A stretch of DNA of 54,584 nt from Candidatus Falkowbacteria bacterium (lineage in GTDB: Bacteria > Patescibacteriota > Patescibacteriia > JAACEG01): NCBI GenBank assembly GCA_018651725.1, contig JABIDK010000016.1, positions 1 to 54,584 of the forward strand. Direction: 5' to 3'. Both the position numbers and the translations under genes were made by a program. The notes beneath the pieces are model-generated. The model saw only the letters and a program-made list of their open reading frames with translations, was not told the origin of the DNA and ran no database searches. Within the stretch, counting starts at the first letter, position 1; each line of letters opens with the position of its first letter. Shown here one piece after another: positions 48,154-54,584 of the stretch.

Positions 48154-48189
48154 AATAAATAATCTTGCCAGCACCCGCCTTTAATAAAA

Positions 48190-49146
48190 TCACACTTTCT
48201 CAACAACTCTCATCTTTGCACTCCTAGCCCTTTTATTATTTTTAATTTCTGCCCATTTGGGTTTAATTACTTTTTTATTAATTAACTTTATCTTAAACTC
48301 GATTAAGGGGCTAAAAGAAGTTTCTCCTTCTCCTTCTAACCCCTTGACACGACAAGCATTATGAATATTAACTGCGATACTTCTGAAAAAATATTTAACG
48401 ATTCTGTCTTCCAAAGAATGAAATGTAATGATTACCAACCTTCCACCAGGATTTAAAACTTCAACTGCTTGAGGTAAAAACCTTTCTATAACCCCAAGCT
48501 CATCGTTAACCGCTATTCTAAGAGCCTGAAAGATTTTTGTGGCCGGATGAATTTTACCTCGTCTTTTCTTTACCTTTTGAATAACATCTGATAACTGAAA
48601 GGTTGTTTTAATGGACTTTTTTTCCCGCTCTTCTATTATTTTTTTAGCTATTTTTTTACCTAACCATTCTTCACCATATTCTTCAAAGATTTTTACAAGT
48701 TCTGATTCACTCCATTTATTAACAATATCTTCAGCGCTCAACTTTGCTTTTATATCGTATCTCATATCAAGCGGAGCATCTCTTAAAAAACTAAACCCTC
48801 GCTCTTCATCTTCGATCTGATCAGAAGAAAATCCAAAGTCCGCTATAATTCCATCAACAGGGTAAAAATTATTATTTTTAACGATCTTCTTTAAATTTAC
48901 AAAGTTATCTTGTACTAATATTAGATTTTGTGTTTTGTGTTTTGTGTTTTGTGTTTTAAATCTTTTGATCGCTTCTTTGTCTGCGTCTATGGCTAACAGT
49001 TTTCCGCTTGGTTCTATCTTCTCTAAAATGGCTCTAGCGTGCCCACCTCCACCTAAAGTACAATCAACAATTCTTTGTCCTGGCTTTAAATTTAAACTTT
49101 CAACCGCCTCCTCTAACAAAACTGATTTATGCACACTATCTTTCAT
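48190..49146 (-). CDS. rsmH: 16S rRNA m4C1402 methyltransferase
   Basis: H.SVLL.E, DCTLGGGGH, RGFSF...PLDMR, FQALRIAVNDEL, FHSLEDRIVK, RSAKMR. Confidence 0.97.
   Translation of the reverse strand: MKDSVHKSVLLEEAVESLNLKPGQRIVDCTLGGGGHARAILEKIEPSGKLLAIDADKEAIKRFKTQNTKHKTQNLILVQDNFVNLKKIVKNNNFYPVDGIIADFGFSSDQIEDEERGFSFLRDAPLDMRYDIKAKLSAEDIVNKWSESELVKIFEEYGEEWLGKKIAKKIIEEREKKSIKTTFQLSDVIQKVKKRRGKIHPATKIFQALRIAVNDELGVIERFLPQAVEVLNPGGRLVIITFHSLEDRIVKYFFRSIAVNIHNACRVKGLEGEGETSFSPLIEFKIKLINKKVIKPKWAEIKNNKRARSAKMRVVEKV
48926..48957. repeat. perfect heptamer tandem repeat inside rsmH
   Basis: (TTTTGTG)x4 + TTTT, encoding KTQNTKHKTQN. Confidence 0.9.
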
Positions 49147-49169
49147 GTAAATATATTCTAAATTAATGA

Positions 49170-49607
49170 CTAAATTCCTATCTCCATATCTCCCAGCTTC
49201 TCCGCAATACTGCTTGAATCTTTTTCTGTTTTGGCTCTGTATGTTTCCCAGGTTTTTTCATCCCAAATTTCCAAACGGTTATAAAGTCCGGCAACCACGA
49301 CTTTCTTTTTTACTTTTCCGTATTTTCGCAAATACTCCGGCAAAACCACTCTGCCCTGCTTATCGATCCTAACATCCATTGCGCCGGAAAGCATTAAACG
49401 AGCAAAAGCCCGCGCATTTGCTTGGGCTATTGGTAATGATGCTAATTTATCAGCTAATTTTTGCCATTCTTTTTTTGTATATAAAAATAAACAATTATCA
49501 AGTCCGCGAGTAACTACCGCTCCTTTCGCCAAATCACCACGAAATTTAACCGGAACTGCCAGCCGTCCTTTTTCATCAACATTATGTTTGTACTCACCAA
49601 TGAACAT
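49170..49607 (-). CDS. mraZ: division/cell wall cluster transcriptional repressor MraZ
   Basis: MFIGEY.H..D.KGR..VP, D.QGR..LP..LR, RLEIW. Confidence 0.97.
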   Translation of the reverse strand: MFIGEYKHNVDEKGRLAVPVKFRGDLAKGAVVTRGLDNCLFLYTKKEWQKLADKLASLPIAQANARAFARLMLSGAMDVRIDKQGRVVLPEYLRKYGKVKKKVVVAGLYNRLEIWDEKTWETYRAKTEKDSSSIAEKLGDMEIGI

Positions 49608-49787
49608 AAATTATATAAACATTAAACATTTTTATTATAAAAATATTTATAAACAGGTAAAAAATCTTAATCTGGTTTTATTCTTGCTTTAAATTGTCTT
49701 GCCGTTTTATCTTAAAACGGTCCTAAGACCTTACCTATGAGGAGGGGGTTGCTTATTTTCTAGCTTACCCCCGAGGTGGGTCTGTTT

Positions 49788-50066
49788 TTAGCAGGCGCAT
49801 TGTTGCACCTCCATTGTTTGTCTTTGCGTTTTCATGTATTCCCGATGCATTGCTATGCGTTCAGGGCTGAATCTTTCTTGCTTGCAACTTTCACAGAAAC
49901 CGTAACTAGGTTTTGCACCAGCGGCTAACAAATCTAAACAAATTTCATCTTTTTTGCTGCATTCCACTCTTTCCCCTTTCACGAAATATGCATAAATATT
50001 ATCGCAATCAAGGCATATGCTAACAACGTTTGAGATAATTTTTCCTGCCATTCCTGATGATGTCAT
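49788..50066 (-). CDS. Cys-rich hypothetical protein (possible Zn-binding)
   Basis: CLDC, C-x6-C, CESC; start taken at MTSSG because GGAGG precedes it (ORF track starts at GTG 50126). Confidence 0.55.
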   Translation of the reverse strand: MTSSGMAGKIISNVVSICLDCDNIYAYFVKGERVECSKKDEICLDLLAAGAKPSYGFCESCKQERFSPERIAMHREYMKTQRQTMEVQQCAC

Positions 50067-50204
50067 TTTTCCGTCCTCCATTGATTTAGATTTCTTTTTC
50101 GCAAAGACTATTATTTTTAGACCCACGGCTCAGTAATCTTTAGTTTTAAAAAATTACTATGCAGTAGATCTCTATTTTAATGTTCGTGTTGTTCTAAAAG
50201 TTAT

Positions 50205-50229
50205 CCCCATATTTCCCCACAATCCTCCA
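50205..50229 (-). promoter_or_regulatory. MraZ-binding direct repeats
   Basis: TGGAG-N5-TGGGG-N5-TGGGG, 10-bp period, as for known MraZ boxes. Confidence 0.8.
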
Positions 50230-50239
50230 TCTGATTACT

Positions 50240-50268
50240 ATTATACTCCACCCCAAAACCACCGTCAA
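50240..50268 (-). promoter_or_regulatory. sigma70 promoter of the dcw operon
   Basis: TTGACG-17 bp-TATAAT; consensus DnaA box TTATCCACA just upstream at 50275-50283. Confidence 0.8.
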
Positions 50269-50286
50269 CCCTATTTATCCACAATT

Positions 50287-50313
50287 AAAAAAAGAGGAGC
50301 GTTCCTCTTTTTT
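50287..50313 (-). terminator. terminator of the MarR operon
   Basis: AAAAAAAGAGGA-GCGT-TCCTCTTTTTT hairpin. Confidence 0.75.
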
Positions 50314-50343
50314 TAAAAAAATGGTTAATTGTAATTTTTAATC

Positions 50344-50468
50344 TTATTTTTTCTCGGCAAATCCTAATACTTGTCCGCAAGCGCATCACAAAAGCTACCT
50401 TCCTTTGGATGTGATTTGATGACTAGTATTTTTTTTCCGCCAGAGGCGGACCAGCCTCTGGCTGGCAT
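50344..50468 (-). pseudogene. remnant of a flavodoxin-fold NAD(P)H:quinone oxidoreductase
   Basis: M-PARGWSASGG-KKILVIKSHPKEGSFCDALADKY* matches the family N-terminus (KILVI..HP...SF..ALA..Y); followed out of frame by LGFAEKK*. Confidence 0.7.
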
Positions 50469-50520
50469 ATTTTCTGTATTATGCATATTTATTAAGTTAA
50501 AATTTATAAAAATTTACTTT

Positions 50521-51894
50521 TTATTTTAAAATATTCTTGACGATTTTTAAGCCGATTTTATCGTATGGAGGAAACCTTGGCATATCAAATAAAGTGGTAT
50601 GCCTTAGTACGCTTCGCTTATTAGAAAAAGTTTCAAAGCTATATTTGCCATGATATTTTCCAATACCACTTGTTCCAACGCCTCCAAAAGGGAGATCTGT
50701 TGAAGTAATATGAATTAAAGTATCATTAACACATACTCCTCCAGATGAAGTTTTATTTATAATTTTGTTTTGTAACTTCTTATTGCGTGAAAAAATATAC
50801 ATTGCTAAAGGCTTTGGACGTGAATTAATAAACTCAATTGCCCTGTCAATATCTGAATATTCTATCAAAGGTAAAATTGGACCAAATATCTCCTCTTGCA
50901 TAATCTTACTTTCCAGAGGAGCATTTACAATAATCGTTGGCGCTATATATAATTCTTTAGAAGATGTTTTTCCACCAGAGATAACTTTTCCATCTTTTAG
51001 ATAATCGGAAAGACGATTAAAATGATATTTGTTTATGATTCGACCATATTCTTTTGACTTACTTGGATTTTCTCCATAAAATTTAACGATTTTTTCTTTC
51101 ATTGATTTCACGAGGTCTTCTTTGATATCCTTATGGACCAATAAATAATCAGGCGCAATACAAGTTTGTCCGGCATTTAAAAATTTCCCCCATATAACTC
51201 TAGAGGCTGTTTTTTCAAGATTGCATTCTTTGTCTATAATGCACGGGCTTTTACCTCCAAGTTCCAATGTTAGCGGTGTCAGGTTTTCAGCAGCTGCTCG
51301 CATAACAATTTTTCCAACAAGCTCTCCGCCGGTAAAAAAAATATAATCAAATTTTTCCTTTAATAGTGACTGAGAAACACTAGCATCACCTTGCACTACC
51401 GATATATACTCTTCATTAAAATATTTATCCATCATTTCCTGAAGAACTAGCGCCGTGTTATTAGAAATCTCCGAGGGTTTGATTACTGCGCAATTACCCG
51501 CAGATATCGCTCCAATCAAAGGAGAAATAATTAATCCAAATGGATAATTCCATGGTCCAATTATTAACGATACGCCAAAAGGCTCACTAACAACAAAACC
51601 TTTGCTAAAATAGAATAATTTTGGAGATTTTACCTTTTTTGGCTTTGCCCATTTTTTAAGATTTTTAATGGCATGAGATATCTCGTTTAAGCAAAAACCG
51701 ATCTCACTTGTATATGAATCCATCTCACATTTATGAAGATCCTTAAACAGAGCTGCGTTAATTTTAGGTTCATATTCAATAATTGCAGATTTCAACTTTT
51801 TTAACTGTTTTATTCGAAAATCAATATTCTTAGTTTTATGCATGTTAAAAAATTCCCTTTGTTTTGCTAGCGAATTATTGATTGTTTGAGTCAT
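50521..51894 (-). CDS. aldehyde dehydrogenase (ALDH3-like)
   Basis: PWNYP, KPSE, FTGG, LELGGKSP, NAGQTCIAPDY, EEIFGP, PFGGVG. Confidence 0.95.
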   Translation of the reverse strand: MTQTINNSLAKQREFFNMHKTKNIDFRIKQLKKLKSAIIEYEPKINAALFKDLHKCEMDSYTSEIGFCLNEISHAIKNLKKWAKPKKVKSPKLFYFSKGFVVSEPFGVSLIIGPWNYPFGLIISPLIGAISAGNCAVIKPSEISNNTALVLQEMMDKYFNEEYISVVQGDASVSQSLLKEKFDYIFFTGGELVGKIVMRAAAENLTPLTLELGGKSPCIIDKECNLEKTASRVIWGKFLNAGQTCIAPDYLLVHKDIKEDLVKSMKEKIVKFYGENPSKSKEYGRIINKYHFNRLSDYLKDGKVISGGKTSSKELYIAPTIIVNAPLESKIMQEEIFGPILPLIEYSDIDRAIEFINSRPKPLAMYIFSRNKKLQNKIINKTSSGGVCVNDTLIHITSTDLPFGGVGTSGIGKYHGKYSFETFSNKRSVLRHTTLFDMPRFPPYDKIGLKIVKNILK

Positions 51895-51932
51895 ATTTTT
51901 TATTTTTTTGTTTTAGGCCTTACCTTGACCGC

Positions 51933-52181
51933 TTATTTTTTGGACTTCTGTTCTGAAAAAAAAGTAAGTAAGATATAGTGTCCGATTATTCCAATTCCCC
52001 ACCCCAGAATCGGCCAATAAAACCAAAGGTTCTCCGGCGTTGTGATCAGATTGACAACTATCAGTAAAATATTAACAAGAACATAAACCACTAAGTGGAC
52101 ATAAAACGTCGTTTTGACTGCTTTCGCTTCCATCTCCTGGCAATTTTGTTGATTTTTTTTTGATAAAATGTTTTTGATCAT
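51933..52181 (-). CDS. 2TM-domain protein
   Basis: FY.HL.VY..VN..L...N......WF.WP..GWGIG...H; start taken at MIKN. Confidence 0.85.
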   Translation of the reverse strand: MIKNILSKKNQQNCQEMEAKAVKTTFYVHLVVYVLVNILLIVVNLITTPENLWFYWPILGWGIGIIGHYILLTFFSEQKSKK

Positions 52182-52204
52182 AATGTTTCTTTTAGTATTA
52201 TTAA

Positions 52205-53722
52205 TTAATGCTTTTTTCTTAAAACTTCCTCCGCGCAAAACCAGCCGCTTAAAATAGCGCCGGTAAATCCGCCGCCGGGCATTGTCCAGGCGGAAGCAAA
52301 GTATAAATTTTCAATTAAAGATTTATTTTGAATTCTCTTTAGACCGGCTTGCTTAGGTGTTTGAGCATAACCATACTGGGCGCCATCAGTATTGAGCGTA
52401 AATCTTTGTATGGTCTTTGAGGTGCCAACTTCATAATAGTCAATTTCATCTTTAACTCCAGGTATTACTTTTTCCAGCCGCTCAAAAAAGATTTGGGCAA
52501 TTTCTTCCTTCTTATTTTTATACTCCTCCGGACTCAAATTTTCCCAATCAGATAAATAATCCACCGTACAAATAACACCAAAGCTCTTATCCGGAGGCGT
52601 TAAGCCGGAATCAATCTGGCTGTAATCAACAAACACAATATTCCTTTTGGAAAAATCACCGTGATGATTTGTAATCATGTCTTTTTGACTTTTCACGCTC
52701 TCATCAAATATGAAAGTTGAATAATGCTTATTCCCCAATTCTTTAACCGGCCTTTTGAAACCGATATATACTGAAATAAGCGAACATGATGTTTCTAATT
52801 TTTCTGTTTTATTTTTTAACTTTTGGCTCACTCCCGGGGCAAGTAAAGTATTTGCCACATCAGGAATTGCCGCGTTGGCAATAATGGTATTTGCAAAGAC
52901 CTTGTTTGTTTCTCCGGTTTTATTAAACGTTCCTTGATATTCAACACCTATAGCTTTGTTATTTTCTGTAATTATTTTTGTAACGAGATTCTGGAATATT
53001 ACCTCCCCGTTGTTATTTTTAATAACTTGAGCCAGATAATCAGAAAGTTTTTGCGAACCGCCTTTTATAAAATAACCGCCGTGATAGTAACCGCCCTGCC
53101 CGGCACTATAATACAGCAGTGACATGGTATGAGGATTGTCATGGTAATACTGTAGATTAGCCAAAAGTACCAGTTTTAGATCTTCGTTATTTATAATTGA
53201 ATCCAAAAATTTCCCTAGCGTTTTTGACTGATAACGAAGTATATATGGGAAAACAGCAGGAAAAATCGGCATAAGCAATAATAGTTTCCAATTTTCCCGT
53301 GGGAGTCTTTTTATCTCCTTGCGAATACCATGTATTGTTCGGAAATATTTTTTGATCCCTTTTTCCTCTCCAGGAAACTCCTCTGTTAAAACTTGAATTG
53401 CTTTAGCTGTGTTATCCGGAACAACAATATCCACTCTACTGTTAGTAAAACGATAAAATTCTGGAAGTTTTAGAAGCTTGATATTATCAAATACTCCCAG
53501 GTCATGAAAGATTTTCGTTTTAATATCGCTTTTATCAAGCCCGTCCATCTCATGCAACCCAACTTCCATAATATAATCTTTTCTTTTAAACGTAGTGGCG
53601 CAGCCACCGGGAATAATATGCTGCTCAATAAGCAATACCCTTTTTCCTTCTTTGGAAAGTTTTGCTCCGGCAGTGAGCCCTCCCAGACCTGATCCAATAA
53701 TTATTACATCGTATTTGTCCAT
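52205..53722 (-). CDS. phytoene desaturase/retinol saturase-like FAD-dependent oxidoreductase
   Basis: GSGLGG dinucleotide fold, PGGCATTF.R, KGGSQ.LS, NLYFAS...PGGGF.GA..SG. Confidence 0.88.
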   Translation of the reverse strand: MDKYDVIIIGSGLGGLTAGAKLSKEGKRVLLIEQHIIPGGCATTFKRKDYIMEVGLHEMDGLDKSDIKTKIFHDLGVFDNIKLLKLPEFYRFTNSRVDIVVPDNTAKAIQVLTEEFPGEEKGIKKYFRTIHGIRKEIKRLPRENWKLLLLMPIFPAVFPYILRYQSKTLGKFLDSIINNEDLKLVLLANLQYYHDNPHTMSLLYYSAGQGGYYHGGYFIKGGSQKLSDYLAQVIKNNNGEVIFQNLVTKIITENNKAIGVEYQGTFNKTGETNKVFANTIIANAAIPDVANTLLAPGVSQKLKNKTEKLETSCSLISVYIGFKRPVKELGNKHYSTFIFDESVKSQKDMITNHHGDFSKRNIVFVDYSQIDSGLTPPDKSFGVICTVDYLSDWENLSPEEYKNKKEEIAQIFFERLEKVIPGVKDEIDYYEVGTSKTIQRFTLNTDGAQYGYAQTPKQAGLKRIQNKSLIENLYFASAWTMPGGGFTGAILSGWFCAEEVLRKKH

Positions 53723-53727
53723 ATTAT

Positions 53728-54186
53728 TTAAGAATTAAAAATTTTAGCAAGATGTTTAGTATCAATAGCGATATGTAAACGTTTTTCTATAATTGTAAGT
53801 ATCCTGAGTAGTTGTTCCTGTTCTTTTTTAGTAAAAGATTTATATAAATTTTTTACTGCCTTATCAAATAAAGGAATAACTTTTTTTAGAACTTTGCCTG
53901 CTTTTGGAGTTAGGGAAAAATACCAGAACCTTTTATCTTCCTTTTTAACAACTCTTTTAATAAATCCGTTTTTTTCTAAAACTTTGGTTTTTTGGGTAAT
54001 ACTTGCCAAGGATCCTTGCATACATTTTGCTAACTCAGAAGTTGTGTTTGCGCCCTTTCGGATATGCGCTAAAATAGCATATGTTTTTACAGTCAGTCCA
54101 ACTCTTTTAAAAATTTCTTCCCCTGTTTTTTCTAAAAGCGCTGTAACGACAAAAAATTGCTCGGTAATTTCAGTTTGCCTACTCAT
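53728..54186 (-). CDS. MarR family transcriptional regulator
   Basis: GLT...Y.IL, SELA, LEK.GFI.R....EDKR....LT. Confidence 0.88.
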   Translation of the reverse strand: MSRQTEITEQFFVVTALLEKTGEEIFKRVGLTVKTYAILAHIRKGANTTSELAKCMQGSLASITQKTKVLEKNGFIKRVVKKEDKRFWYFSLTPKAGKVLKKVIPLFDKAVKNLYKSFTKKEQEQLLRILTIIEKRLHIAIDTKHLAKIFNS

Positions 54187-54202
54187 AATTAGATAGTAAA
54201 TT

Positions 54203-54219
54203 ATATAAATAGTTTATAT
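54203..54219. promoter_or_regulatory. putative MarR operator
   Basis: ATATAAA-TAG-TTTATAT palindrome just upstream of the ATG (AT-rich, so weak). Confidence 0.45.
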
Positions 54220-54393
54220 TATAAAGTATATACTTTTTATTAATATGCGTCAAATTTTTTTATCTTTTAAAAATAAAATATCCCGCCTTAAGGAGCGGGA
54301 TTAAAATTTAATTATATACTTAATTCAAATATGAAAACTGGGAGACAAGATTCACCCGTACGCTCCGCTCCCAGGTATTGGTGTGCCTTCTTG

Positions 54394-54584
54394 GGATAAA
54401 CTTCTCATCCCTTTTTTATTTATGCGGAGAGGACAGGATTCCCTCTGCGCTTCGCTTCAAGGATAAACTTCTCATCCCTTTTTTATTTATGCGGAGAGGA
54501 CAGGATTCCCTCTGCGCTTCGCTTCAAGGATAAACTTCTCATCCCTTTTTTATTTATGCGGAGAGGACAGGATTCCCTCTGCGC
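54394..54584. repeat. 67-bp tandem repeat (nearly 3 identical copies, truncated by the window end) containing a tRNA 3'-end-like segment
   Basis: Units start at 54394, 54461 and 54528; each has GCGGAGAGGACAGGATTC, whose reverse complement GAATCCTGTCCTCTCCGC resembles a tRNA-Ser T-arm/acceptor 3' end. Confidence 0.9.

Noticed and set aside
47974-48174. 66-aa minus-strand ORF
   Set aside because: Runs through a REP-like hairpin and overlaps ftsL out of frame; no recognisable motif.
50201-50283. replication origin
   Set aside because: Only one perfect and one imperfect DnaA box, no dnaA/dnaN nearby and no switch in gene orientation.
54394-54584. CRISPR array
   Set aside because: Units are identical end to end with no unique spacers, and there are no cas genes in the window.
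54338-54584. intact tRNA gene
   Set aside because: Only ~18-nt 3'-end-like fragments are present; no D or anticodon arm and no complete T-loop.
1-54584. alternative genetic code (TGA=Gly) or selenocysteine recoding
   Set aside because: Core genes are full length under code 11 and TGA ends genes such as hrcA, grpE and rsmH; the TsoY-like gene has no in-frame TGA.

Overview
AT-rich bacterial chromosome segment with almost all genes on the minus strand. It is most likely from a Patescibacteria/CPR (Parcubacteria/ABY1-like) organism. This is an inference from the short HrcA, the CPR-type VirD4-like ATPase, RpoA without a recognisable CTD, and AT-rich leaders mostly lacking Shine-Dalgarno motifs. 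TGA is used as stop, so the code is 11. Core content: CIRCE-controlled hrcA-grpE-hsp20-dnaK-DUF3467-dnaJ, yidC-SPFH-secD-secF, cysS, gltX, ddl, a csoR-copA copper locus, ruvB, the infA-rpmJ-rpsM-rpsK-rpsD-rpoA-rplQ-rplM-rpsI cluster and mraZ-rsmH-ftsL-ftsI-murF. Accessory content: an array of hydrolase/house-cleaning genes (about 5.4-11 kb), a MarR-desaturase-ALDH operon, and 67-bp tandem repeats carrying a tRNA 3' end at the right edge. The best candidate for an undescribed system is three related 28-bp 11-6-11 palindromic (dif/Xer-like) sites at consecutive gene junctions of the accessory array, which suggest a gene-cassette array. No recombinase is in the window, so this is a hypothesis. 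Other notable items: ~160-bp MITE-like palindromes with a shared core but two kinds of termini; GC-rich palindromes inserted in frame in genes including rpoA; a 46-nt tract shared by rpoA and ftsI; a circularly permuted parvulin inside SecD; self-contained ORFan cassettes; and an ORF lying between the MraZ-box promoter and mraZ.
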